Shown here: positions 37,142 through 46,354 of the stretch, piece by piece
Layout of the letters: each line of letters starts with the position of its first letter
How positions within the stretch are numbered: the first letter of the stretch is position 1
From: Bacteroidota bacterium
GTDB lineage: Bacteria; Bacteroidota; Bacteroidia; Flavobacteriales; Flavobacteriaceae
Assembly (NCBI GenBank): GCA_023386585.1
Contig: JAEWJM010000011.1
Span: forward strand, 397 to 64,396
DNA: 64,000 nt
Direction: 5' to 3'
Notes under the pieces: model-generated
What the model was told of the DNA's origin: nothing
Seen by the model: only the letters and a program-made list of their open reading frames with translations
The model's database searches: none
Made by a program: the position numbers and the translations under genes

Positions 37142-38296
37142 ATGCTGTTTTCAGGAAAAAGACACAATTTAATATACGCCATTTTAATAGCCGCGCTGCC
37201 TTTTACGGGATTCGCAAACCAGCCCGACAGCCTGAATGTGAAGGTCGAAAAAACACTTGAAAATGCAGCCGAATCCACAGCCGGCGTTGCACATAAATCA
37301 GGTGAAAAAGCCGAGGAAATCAAGACCGAGATTCGGGAGCATATAAATCACCACGTACTTGACGCACACGATTTTACGCTGTTTTCAGATGCGGAGACCG
37401 GTACGCACTACGGCTTCTCGCTTCCGATAATTCTTTGGGATAACGGGCTGCATATTTTCTCCTCTTCGCGATTTGATCACGGGCGTAAAGTCGCCGAGTC
37501 AAAAGGCAACTATTACGTACTTTATCATGAACGCATTTATAAGACAGATGCAAGCGGAACAATAACCGGTGACGAACATCATCCAACCAATCAAATGCCG
37601 TTGGATTTTTCAATTACCAAAGGTGTTTTGACGATGCTCGTGGTAGCATTCCTGATGTTCCTGATTTTCGCCGGGCTTGCGAAGAGCTATGTCCGTAACG
37701 GCGGGATCGGTACAGGTGTCGGGCGTCTTTTCGAGCCAATCGTACTCTACGTTCGCGACGAAATTGCAATACCGAACATTGGCGAGAAGCATTATAAAAA
37801 GTACATGAGCTACCTGCTCACGGTGTTTTTCTTTGTATGGTTCCTTAATATTTTCGGTCTTACGCCGCTGGGAATCAACGTTACGGGAAATATTGCCATC
37901 ACATTTGGACTTGCGCTTATTACGTTCCTGATCACCAATGCGACTGCCAATCGTAATTATTGGGGCCACATTTTTTGGATGCCGGGTGTGCCATGGCCGA
38001 TGAAGATTATCCTGGCACCGATTGAGCTACTGGGTGTGTTGATCAAACCATTTGCGCTGATGATCCGTTTGTATGCGAATATTTTTGCAGGCCACGTGGT
38101 TTTGATGAGCCTTATCGGATTGATATTCATATTCAAGAGCTGGCTTGGCGGAACAATGTCTTTCCTGCTGTCGTTCGCGATATCGATGATTGAAATCCTC
38201 GTTGCGCTGCTTCAGGCCTACATCTTTACGATGCTGACTGCTTTGTACTTTGGTTCGGCCAAACAAGAGCACCATCACGAGGAAGCGCACGTTTAA
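37142..38296 (+). CDS. atpB: F0F1 ATP synthase subunit a
   Basis: RLYANIFAGH (essential Arg region) and a long N-terminal extension. Confidence 0.95.
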   Translation: MLFSGKRHNLIYAILIAALPFTGFANQPDSLNVKVEKTLENAAESTAGVAHKSGEKAEEIKTEIREHINHHVLDAHDFTLFSDAETGTHYGFSLPIILWDNGLHIFSSSRFDHGRKVAESKGNYYVLYHERIYKTDASGTITGDEHHPTNQMPLDFSITKGVLTMLVVAFLMFLIFAGLAKSYVRNGGIGTGVGRLFEPIVLYVRDEIAIPNIGEKHYKKYMSYLLTVFFFVWFLNIFGLTPLGINVTGNIAITFGLALITFLITNATANRNYWGHIFWMPGVPWPMKIILAPIELLGVLIKPFALMIRLYANIFAGHVVLMSLIGLIFIFKSWLGGTMSFLLSFAISMIEILVALLQAYIFTMLTALYFGSAKQEHHHEEAHV

Positions 38297-38309
38297 TTTG
38301 TTTGTTTAA

Positions 38310-38519
<210 letters not shown>

Positions 38520-38535
38520 TCCTTTTAAAAGACAA

Positions 38536-38567
38536 AAAGCTGTAACGGTTGGTTGCAGCTTTTGTTT
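38536..38567 (+). terminator. Intra-operon stem-loop after atpE (attenuator or mRNA stabiliser)
   Basis: AAAGCTG ... CAGCTTT 7-bp stem followed by TGTTT. Confidence 0.4.
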
Positions 38568-38599
38568 AAAAATTAAGACAATAATATAAAGAGAAATAA

Positions 38600-39100
38600 A
38601 TGGATAAGTTGGTAAATGATTTTGGGTTCGGATTGTTTTTCTGGCAGCTGATCATCTTCATTGGTTTGATTCTTTTGCTTAAGAAATTTGCATGGAAACC
38701 GATTCTCGACTCTGTGAATGAGCGCGAGGAAGGAATCCGCAACGCATTGCTTTCGGCAGAAAATGCACGAAATGAAATGCAGAATTTGCAAGCCGACAAC
38801 CAGCGAATCCTTCAGGAAGCACGCATGGAGCGTGACGCACTTTTGAAGGAAGCCCGCGAAATGAAAGAAAAAATGATTTCCGATTCAAAAGCTGAAGCGC
38901 AGGCCGCAGGTCAAAAAATGATCGAGCAGGCGAAAGCTGCGATCGAAAGCGAGAAAAACGCGGCGATGGCAGAACTGAAAAATCAGGTTTCATCATTGTC
39001 ACTTGAAATCGCTGAAAAGCTTTTGCAGGAGAAACTATCTAATAAAGAGTCGCAAATGAAGCTGGTAGACAGAATGCTTGGCGACGCAAATCTAAACTAA
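38600..39100 (+). CDS. atpF: F0F1 ATP synthase subunit b
   Basis: N-terminal TM helix plus a long charged coiled coil. Operon position fits. Confidence 0.9.
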   Translation: MDKLVNDFGFGLFFWQLIIFIGLILLLKKFAWKPILDSVNEREEGIRNALLSAENARNEMQNLQADNQRILQEARMERDALLKEAREMKEKMISDSKAEAQAAGQKMIEQAKAAIESEKNAAMAELKNQVSSLSLEIAEKLLQEKLSNKESQMKLVDRMLGDANLN

Positions 39101-39101
39101 A

Positions 39102-39635
39102 ATGGCAGGCACAAGAGCAGCATTACGATACGCGAAAGCGATTCTTGAAACCGCACATGACAAAGGTGTTGCCGCTGAAGTAAACACTGATATGTCGCTT
39201 GTGGCCGTCACTGTCAAAGGAAATGAAGAGCTGTCTGCTTTCCTGGCAAGCCCGGTTATCGGCGCAGAAGCAAAGCGCAACGTCCTTGAAGAAGTTTTTT
39301 CATCGGTTTCCCCGGTAACAAAAAGCCTTTTCAGGCTTTTATTTGAAAACAGAAGGTTTGAGATTCTCGGTGATCTGGCAAAAGGATACAACACGCTTTT
39401 CGATGAAATGAGCGGGATTGAAGTGGCGAAAGTTACGACAGCCGTTCCGATGGATGCTGAAATGGAATCGAAAGTCCACGCCCGCATCCTGACGTTCACC
39501 AACAAAAAGGTCATCATCGAAAATATTGTCGATCCAACAATTATCGGAGGTTTCATCCTCAGGATGGGCGACAGGCAATATAATGCATCGCTGGCGAACA
39601 GGCTTTTGGTCCTGAAGCGCGAACTTTTAAACTAA
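39102..39635 (+). CDS. atpH: F0F1 ATP synthase subunit delta (OSCP)
   Basis: RYAKAILE..., DPTIIGGFILRMGDRQYNASL at the C-terminus. Confidence 0.9.
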   Translation: MAGTRAALRYAKAILETAHDKGVAAEVNTDMSLVAVTVKGNEELSAFLASPVIGAEAKRNVLEEVFSSVSPVTKSLFRLLFENRRFEILGDLAKGYNTLFDEMSGIEVAKVTTAVPMDAEMESKVHARILTFTNKKVIIENIVDPTIIGGFILRMGDRQYNASLANRLLVLKRELLN

Positions 39636-39638
39636 GGA

Positions 39639-40151
39639 ATGGTAAAGCTAAAATCAGTTCTTACAATACTTATTGTTTGTGCAAGCCTGAGTGCAATGGC
39701 GCAAAAGATAAAGCTGAAAAAAGGAGAAATCCTGGTTGACGATGCGGTTTGGATGAAATATACCGATTGCGGCGCATTTGACAGTACGTGCTCGATCCTG
39801 AACCCACAAGGTGACGAACTTATCTTTATGAAGATAATCAAGATTCCGGGTGCTGAGCCGATCACCAAATACAATAAAGAGGGCGACTTGGTCTATAAGG
39901 AAGTAAAATTCCTCGGGCTGAATGCGATGGTCGAATTTGAAAATACGACCGACAAGAAAATTCTGGAGATGATTTACAATGCCAAACTCATTGATGAGAG
40001 CGGTCAATTGGATGAGGATAAAGTGCAGCGTTTTGTTGAAAAGCACGGAACTGCCGTTTCCGACCGCCGCGGCAACTCGACCACCACGAATACGATTATA
40101 ATAAAAGAAGAGCCAAGAAGATCTGGCGTTAATATAAATCTAGGTAGATAA
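39639..40151 (+). CDS. Hypothetical secreted protein inserted between atpH and atpA
   Basis: 170 aa with a signal peptide (MVKLKSVLTILIVCASLSAMA-QK). Lies 3 nt after the atpH stop and 9 nt before the atpA ATG. I recognise no family. Confidence 0.65.
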   Translation: MVKLKSVLTILIVCASLSAMAQKIKLKKGEILVDDAVWMKYTDCGAFDSTCSILNPQGDELIFMKIIKIPGAEPITKYNKEGDLVYKEVKFLGLNAMVEFENTTDKKILEMIYNAKLIDESGQLDEDKVQRFVEKHGTAVSDRRGNSTTTNTIIIKEEPRRSGVNINLGR

Positions 40152-40160
40152 ATATACATT

Positions 40161-41738
40161 ATGGCAGAAATTAAGCCCGCTGAAATTTCAGCAATATTGA
40201 AGAAGCAGCTTGCCGGTTTTGAATCGGGAGCGACTCTTGAAGAAGTTGGGACCGTACTTCAGGTCGGTGACGGTATCGCCCTTGTTCACGGATTGTCTAA
40301 CGTGCAATACGGTGAGCTGGTAGAATTCCAAAATGGCACCGAAGGAATCGTACTGAACCTTGAAGAAGATAATGTTGGTGTTGTATTGCTCGGCGCCTAC
40401 ACTGGAATTAAAGAGGGTTCAAGCGCAAAACGTACCCAACGGATTGCATCGCTTCGCGTAGGTGAGCAGCTTGTTGGACGTGTTGTCAACACCCTTGGCC
40501 AGCCAATCGACGGTAAAGGACCGATCGGTGGTGAACTTTACGAAATGCCGCTTGAAAGAAAAGCACCGGGTGTAATCTTCCGTCAGCCGGTAACCGAACC
40601 GCTTCAAACAGGAATCAAAGCAGTAGATGCGATGATCCCGGTTGGACGCGGACAAAGGGAATTGGTGATCGGTGACCGTCAAACAGGTAAATCCACCGTT
40701 TGCATCGATACGATCCTGAACCAAAAAGAATTTTACGATGCAGGTCAGCCTGTATTCTGTATATATGTTGCAATCGGACAAAAAGCTTCCACTGTTGCCG
40801 GAATTGCCAAAAAGCTCGAGGAAATGGGCGCAATGGCTTATACCGTAATCGTTGCCGCTAATGCTTCCGACCCTGCGCCAATGCAGGTTTACGCTCCGTT
40901 TGCTGGTGCTGCGATCGGTGAATATTTCCGCGACACCGGCCGTCCTGCGCTTATCGTTTATGACGATTTGTCAAAACAAGCGGTAGCTTATCGTGAGGTT
41001 TCCCTTCTTTTGAGAAGGCCGCCAGGACGTGAGGCTTATCCGGGTGACGTTTTCTACCTGCACAGCCGCCTTTTGGAAAGAGCTGCGAAGGTAATCGCAA
41101 ACGATGAGATCGCTAAAAACATGAACGATCTTCCAACTTCACTTAAGCCAATCGTAAAAGGTGGCGGATCGCTTACTGCGCTTCCGATCATCGAAACACA
41201 GGCAGGTGACGTTTCGGCCTATATTCCGACAAACGTAATTTCAATTACCGACGGACAGATATTCCTTGAATCGGATTTGTTTAACTCGGGTGTTCGCCCG
41301 GCGATCAACGTAGGTATTTCGGTATCACGTGTTGGTGGTAACGCACAGATCAAGTCGATGAAAAAAGTTGCCGGAACACTGAAACTTGACCAGGCGCAGT
41401 TCCGTGAACTGGAAGCGTTTGCGAAATTCGGTTCCGACCTTGATGCCGTTACATTGAACGTTATCGAAAAAGGACGACGCAACGTTGAGATCCTGAAACA
41501 AGGATTGAACGAGCCTTACACCGTTGAAGATCAGGTTGCGATCATTTATGCAGGTTCGAAAAACCTTTTGAGAAATGTTCCGGTAAACAAAGTGAAAGAA
41601 TTTGAAAAAGATTTCCTTGAGTTCCTGAACAATTCGCACCGCGATGTTCTTGACCAGCTTAAAGCAGGAAAACTGACAGACGAAATCACCGACGTGATTG
41701 AGAAAGTCGCTAAGGAAGTTTCAGCGAAATACAATTAA
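40161..41738 (+). CDS. atpA: F0F1 ATP synthase subunit alpha
   Basis: Walker A GDRQTGKS and end-to-end alpha-subunit conservation. Confidence 0.97.
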   Translation: MAEIKPAEISAILKKQLAGFESGATLEEVGTVLQVGDGIALVHGLSNVQYGELVEFQNGTEGIVLNLEEDNVGVVLLGAYTGIKEGSSAKRTQRIASLRVGEQLVGRVVNTLGQPIDGKGPIGGELYEMPLERKAPGVIFRQPVTEPLQTGIKAVDAMIPVGRGQRELVIGDRQTGKSTVCIDTILNQKEFYDAGQPVFCIYVAIGQKASTVAGIAKKLEEMGAMAYTVIVAANASDPAPMQVYAPFAGAAIGEYFRDTGRPALIVYDDLSKQAVAYREVSLLLRRPPGREAYPGDVFYLHSRLLERAAKVIANDEIAKNMNDLPTSLKPIVKGGGSLTALPIIETQAGDVSAYIPTNVISITDGQIFLESDLFNSGVRPAINVGISVSRVGGNAQIKSMKKVAGTLKLDQAQFRELEAFAKFGSDLDAVTLNVIEKGRRNVEILKQGLNEPYTVEDQVAIIYAGSKNLLRNVPVNKVKEFEKDFLEFLNNSHRDVLDQLKAGKLTDEITDVIEKVAKEVSAKYN

Positions 41739-41741
41739 TTT

Positions 41742-41806
41742 GGTACAAGGTACAAGGCTCAGGGTTCAAGGTTGTTCCCTGAGCCCTGAACCCTGAACCC
41801 TGAACC
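41742..41806 (+). repeat. Long imperfect hairpin built from heptad repeats (5 x GGYWCAR, loop TTGTT, 4 x CCCTGAR)
   Basis: Hand pairing gives 24 of 30 positions paired (one G-U). It fills the atpA-atpG spacer. Confidence 0.8.
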
Positions 41807-41813
41807 AAAAGAT

Positions 41814-42674
41814 ATGGCCAACTTAAAGGAAATCCGTAACAGAATTACCTCGGTTTCATCGACGATGCAAATCACATCTGCGATGAAAATGGTCTCTGCC
41901 GCTAAACTGAAAAAAGCGCAGGATGCGATCACGGCGATGCGTCCGTACGCCGAAAAGCTGACGGAATTGCTTCGTAACCTTTCTGCCACGCTCGATGCTG
42001 ATGCAGGAGGTGAGTTTACCACGCAGCGCGAGGTACGCAATGTGCTTGTCGTGGCGATAACTTCAAATCGTGGACTCAGTGGCGCATTCAATTCGAATGT
42101 CATCAAGGAAACACGTGTTTTGCTTGCATCGGAATTTGCAGGTAAAAAAGTTGATTTCATTACCATCGGGAAGAAAGGCAACGATATCATCAGAAAAACG
42201 TCGCATGTTGTTTCAAATCATAACGCGATTTTTGACGACCTGACTTTCGATAACGCAACGGCTATCACCGAAGAAATTGTGCAACTGTTCCTTGACGGAA
42301 AATACGACAAGGTTGTGCTGGTTTACAATCAGTTCAAGAATGCCGCAACGCAAATCATGCGTACCGAGCAGTTTTTGCCGCTGGTTCCGATGACGGGCGA
42401 TCAATCGGCTGCCGGCGAGTACATTTTCGAACCGTCGAAAGAGGAAATCGTAATGACGCTGATCCCGAAAATGCTTCGCACCCAGCTGTACAAGGCGCTT
42501 CGAGATTCATTTGCTGCAGAGCACGGCGCCCGTATGACCGCGATGCATAAAGCGACAGATAACGCTACCGAACTTCGCAACCAGTTGAAGCTGACATACA
42601 ACAAAGCAAGGCAAGCTGCAATTACCAACGAGATCCTCGAGATCGTCGGCGGTGCAGAAGCCTTAAAAGGATAA
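41814..42674 (+). CDS. atpG: F0F1 ATP synthase subunit gamma
   Basis: MANLKEIRNRITSVSSTMQITSAMKMVSAAKL and a C-terminal ITNEILEIVGGAEAL. Confidence 0.95.
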   Translation: MANLKEIRNRITSVSSTMQITSAMKMVSAAKLKKAQDAITAMRPYAEKLTELLRNLSATLDADAGGEFTTQREVRNVLVVAITSNRGLSGAFNSNVIKETRVLLASEFAGKKVDFITIGKKGNDIIRKTSHVVSNHNAIFDDLTFDNATAITEEIVQLFLDGKYDKVVLVYNQFKNAATQIMRTEQFLPLVPMTGDQSAAGEYIFEPSKEEIVMTLIPKMLRTQLYKALRDSFAAEHGARMTAMHKATDNATELRNQLKLTYNKARQAAITNEILEIVGGAEALKG

Positions 42675-42694
42675 CACCCAAACAAATGGAAACT

Positions 42695-42722
42695 GAGCCG
42701 GCTGATGTCGGCTCTTTTTTAT
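42695..42722 (+). terminator. Rho-independent terminator of the atp operon
   Basis: GAGCCG-gctgatgt-CGGCTC followed by TTTTTTATTT. Confidence 0.7.
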
Positions 42723-42736
42723 TTAATCTTGAACTG

Positions 42737-43174
42737 ATGGAAATCAAGGAACTTACCACGATCGACGAGATGCTGGCTTGCTTTGAAGTAATGCAGCATC
42801 TTTATCCGAAACTGACTCCCGAGCGTTACCGCGAACTGCTGTCAGACATGCTTCCCAACCATTACCGCCAGATTGCTGTTTTCGAGAACGGAACCTGCGT
42901 CGGCCTCAGCGGTTATTGGTTTGGGACCAAACTTTGGTCGGGCAAATTCATCGAACTCGACAACTTCATCGTTCACCCCGATCATCGCTCGAACGGAATC
43001 GGAAAACTGATTTGCGATTATGCCAATGAACTTGCAATTCAACGAGGTTGCACCAACATTGTCCTCGACGCGTATACACACAATTTTCCCGCGCACCGCT
43101 TCTATTACAACCAGGGATTTGGCCCGAAAGGATTCCACTTTGTCAAAATCCTCGACGAAGAAGGACTAACCTGA
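42737..43174 (+). CDS. GNAT-family N-acetyltransferase
   Basis: IVHPDHRSNGIGKLI (motif A). The start is moved to MEIKELT because the track start lies inside the atp terminator. Confidence 0.8.
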   Translation: MEIKELTTIDEMLACFEVMQHLYPKLTPERYRELLSDMLPNHYRQIAVFENGTCVGLSGYWFGTKLWSGKFIELDNFIVHPDHRSNGIGKLICDYANELAIQRGCTNIVLDAYTHNFPAHRFYYNQGFGPKGFHFVKILDEEGLT

Positions 43175-43205
43175 TACGCACTGTTTTCCAAATCAAAGAT
43201 TTGGT

Positions 43206-43213
43206 TACTTTTG
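43206..43213 (+). promoter_or_regulatory. -7 box TACTTTTG
   Basis: Exact match 18 nt before GTG 43232. Confidence 0.4.
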
Positions 43214-43231
43214 CCCTGATATAACGAGCCA

Positions 43232-44707
43232 GTGGGATTATACAAAAGCCTCTTTAAACAAACTGCCATCTACGGATTCGCCACTGTATTCCCGCGGATG
43301 ATGAGCTTTTTGTTGACACCGCTGTATGTTACGCCCGGAATTCTGGACCGCGACGAATATGGCCGCGTAAGCCAGATTTTCGCCTACATGATTTTCATGA
43401 ACGTCATCCTTGCCTACGGAATGGAAACGTCCTTTTTCCGCTTCTACAACAAGGAAACCAATAAGAAAGACGTTATCGAAACTTCGATCATTTCGATATT
43501 CTGGACGTCACTTTTATTCCTCGCACTCGCGCTGATACTTCGCGGAAATGTCGCCGCCTGGATCGGGATCGATGTTCAATATGTCACTTATGCCATCTGG
43601 ATTCTCGTCCTCGATGCACTCGCCATCGTCCCGTTTTCAAAGCTCCGTGCAACCGCAAAACCGATGCGTTACGCGGTGATCAAAATGGGAAATGTTACGA
43701 TCAACGTTTTGTTGAACCTGTTTTTCCTGCTCTGGCTTCCCAAAATCGCTGAAGCGGATCCGAACAGTTTCATCGGTTCGCTGTATTTCGAAGACTACCA
43801 GATCGGGTACATTTTCGTTTCGAATGTGATCGCAAGCCTATTAACTTTCGTCGTTCTCTCAGGCGATTACATGCATGTCTCGTGGCACTTCAATACCGAT
43901 CTCTGGAAACGGATGATGCGCTACGGATTTCCGATTTTATTCGCCGGGATTGCATTTGCGATAAACGAACAATTCGACAAAATCCTTCTCGGAAAGTTGC
44001 TTCCGCCAAACGTAGCCGATTCGCAAGTGGGAGTTTACTCGGCGTGTTACAAACTCGGACTTTTCATGGTACTTTTCCGCACGGCATACACACTCGGAAT
44101 CGAACCGTTTTTCTTCAGTCATGCATCGCATAAGAACGCTCCCAAAACCTACGCAACGGTTACAAAATATTTCGTTATTTCCGGTTCCTGCATTTCATTG
44201 GCGGTAATCGTATTTTCCGATTTGCTCAAGCGGCTGATGATCCCGAACGTCGCCTACTGGGAAGCCATGAAGATCGTTCCGTTGATAATTCTCGCGAATT
44301 TTTTCCTGGGAATCTATACCAACCTTTCGGTTTGGTACAAGCTGATCGACAAAACCTACATCGGCGCCTATATTTCACTGATCGGCGCCATTGTAACTCT
44401 CGCCCTCAATTTCCTTCTGATCCCAAAATACAGCTATATGGGTTCGGCAATCGCAACAATCGCCGCCTACGGAACCATGATGACGATCTCCTACTTCTGG
44501 GGCAACAAATACTATCCGATTCCGTACGATGCACCAAAAATCGGCGGCTACCTCGCAGTTTCAATCGCATTTTCAGGAATATATTTCTATTTTTTCAGGG
44601 AAAACTACTTCGTCGGAATCCCAATGCTGCTGGCGTTCGGCTACTTTGTTTACCACAACGAAAAAGAGACGATCCAACGGATCATGCGGCGAAAGCCAAC
44701 CGATTAA
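43232..44707 (+). CDS. MOP-family flippase (polysaccharide biosynthesis protein), orphan
   Basis: 491 aa with about 14 TM segments and a Polysacc_synt-like N-terminus (FATVFPRMMSFLLTPLY). Confidence 0.75.
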   Translation: MGLYKSLFKQTAIYGFATVFPRMMSFLLTPLYVTPGILDRDEYGRVSQIFAYMIFMNVILAYGMETSFFRFYNKETNKKDVIETSIISIFWTSLLFLALALILRGNVAAWIGIDVQYVTYAIWILVLDALAIVPFSKLRATAKPMRYAVIKMGNVTINVLLNLFFLLWLPKIAEADPNSFIGSLYFEDYQIGYIFVSNVIASLLTFVVLSGDYMHVSWHFNTDLWKRMMRYGFPILFAGIAFAINEQFDKILLGKLLPPNVADSQVGVYSACYKLGLFMVLFRTAYTLGIEPFFFSHASHKNAPKTYATVTKYFVISGSCISLAVIVFSDLLKRLMIPNVAYWEAMKIVPLIILANFFLGIYTNLSVWYKLIDKTYIGAYISLIGAIVTLALNFLLIPKYSYMGSAIATIAAYGTMMTISYFWGNKYYPIPYDAPKIGGYLAVSIAFSGIYFYFFRENYFVGIPMLLAFGYFVYHNEKETIQRIMRRKPTD

Positions 44708-44807
44708 ATTTTTTGAAGCTGTTTCCTGCTGTCCGCTGTATCTTTTCTCCGCTGACGCGTGAAAAAGGATGCCGCTTCCATCAGGGCTAAAGTTTAAAAC
44801 TCTCAAC

Positions 44808-45242
44808 ATGGAAATCAAAATCATCAACAGGTCGGCTCATGATCTTCCGGCCTACGAAACCGGCGAATCCGCAGGAATGGATCTGCGCGCCAACATCGAC
44901 CAACCCGTAACGCTGCGCCCGCTCGAGCGCGCCGTGATCAAAACCGGACTCTTCATTGAGCTTCCGCACGGCTACGAGGCGCAGGTCAGACCTAGAAGCG
45001 GGCTGGCGGCAAAAAAAGGAATCACCGTCCTGAATTCACCCGGAACCGTCGATGCCGATTACCGTGGGGAAATCGGGGTTATTTTAGTAAATTTATCGAA
45101 TGACGAATTTGTTGTCGAAAATGGCGAAAGAATAGCCCAAATGGTCATCGCGAAACACGAACGCGCACAATGGATTCCGGTATCGGAACTCTCTGAAACC
45201 TCACGGGGCGAAGGCGGTTTTGGCAGCACGGGAGTTAAGTAG
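44808..45242 (+). CDS. dut: dUTP diphosphatase
   Basis: [33 protein letters not shown]. Confidence 0.95.
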   Translation: MEIKIINRSAHDLPAYETGESAGMDLRANIDQPVTLRPLERAVIKTGLFIELPHGYEAQVRPRSGLAAKKGITVLNSPGTVDADYRGEIGVILVNLSNDEFVVENGERIAQMVIAKHERAQWIPVSELSETSRGEGGFGSTGVK

Positions 45243-45336
45243 CGCAGCTTTCGGCAATTAGCGAATTAAAGTCAATTAAAATTATTAATTATATAAACAA
45301 GCTGAAGGCTAATTGCTGACAGCAAACAAATAAAAA

Positions 45337-46347
45337 ATGAAGATCATCGTTCCAATGGCCGGCCGCGGCTCCAGATTACGCCCTCACACTTTAACTGTTC
45401 CAAAACCGCTGATCCCGATTGCCGGAAAGCCAATTGTTCACCGCCTTGTTGAAGACATCGCGGGAGTTATCGATCAGCAAATTGACGAAATTGCGTTCAT
45501 TATCCATAAGGATTTTGGAGTACAGGTAGAAAATGACCTTTTGGCCATTGCAGCGAAATTAGGCGCAGCGGGCCGCATTTACTACCAGAATGAAGCGCTT
45601 GGAACAGCTCATGCCATTATGTGCGCTCACGAATCGATGACCGGACCCATCGTGGTTGCCTATGCAGACACTTTGTTCCGCGCCGATTTCAGCCTTGATA
45701 CTTCAGCCGACAGCGTGATATGGGTGAAGCAGGTTGACGACCCGAGCGCGTTTGGAGTGGTTCAGCTCGACGGCGACAACCGCATTGTTGATTTCGTAGA
45801 AAAGCCAAAGGAATTTGTCTCCGATCTGGCGATTATCGGGATTTACTATTTCAAAAGCGGCGAAACTTTGCGCGACGAATTACAATATTTGCTCGATAAT
45901 AATGTTGTTAAGGGTGGCGAATACCAATTGACTGACGGACTTGAAAACATGAAGCAGAAAGGTTTGAAATTCGTGCCCGGAAAAGTCGATGAATGGATGG
46001 ACTGCGGCAACAAAAACGTCACCGTGGAAACTAACTCGCGAATGCTTGGTTTCCTTCACAGCGACGGCGAGCATTTGATCGACTATGGCGTGAAATCGGA
46101 AAACTCCACCATCATTCCTCCGTGCTACATTGGCGAAGACGTGATTTTGATCAACGCTACGGTTGGCCCTAACGTTTCGCTTGGCAAAGGCTGCCATGTC
46201 ACCGACAGCTCAATTAAAAACAGTTTGGTGCAAACGCATTCTAAGATTAAGAACGCTAAGCTCGATAATGCCATGATCGGTAGCCACGCAGTATTCAATG
46301 GTAATTTTACAAGCATCAGCATCGGCGATTATTCGGTGCTGGAATAA
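45337..46347 (+). CDS. Sugar-phosphate nucleotidyltransferase with a C-terminal beta-helix
   Basis: PMAGRGSRLRPHTLTVPKPL signature. The C-terminal hexapeptide-like region follows. Confidence 0.85.
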   Translation: MKIIVPMAGRGSRLRPHTLTVPKPLIPIAGKPIVHRLVEDIAGVIDQQIDEIAFIIHKDFGVQVENDLLAIAAKLGAAGRIYYQNEALGTAHAIMCAHESMTGPIVVAYADTLFRADFSLDTSADSVIWVKQVDDPSAFGVVQLDGDNRIVDFVEKPKEFVSDLAIIGIYYFKSGETLRDELQYLLDNNVVKGGEYQLTDGLENMKQKGLKFVPGKVDEWMDCGNKNVTVETNSRMLGFLHSDGEHLIDYGVKSENSTIIPPCYIGEDVILINATVGPNVSLGKGCHVTDSSIKNSLVQTHSKIKNAKLDNAMIGSHAVFNGNFTSISIGDYSVLE

Positions 46348-46354
46348 CAAACAA

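Noticed and set aside
41742-41806. Heptad repeats considered as a mini CRISPR array or VNTR
   Set aside because: The units are 7 nt with no spacers, and the two halves are mutually complementary. There are no cas genes. It is better described as a hairpin and is reported as such.
45254-45316. 9-bp inverted repeat GCAATTAGC ... GCTAATTGC downstream of dut
   Set aside because: The arms are separated by about 45 nt of AT-rich sequence with no T-run. This is weak, plausibly due to chance, and at best a poor terminator.
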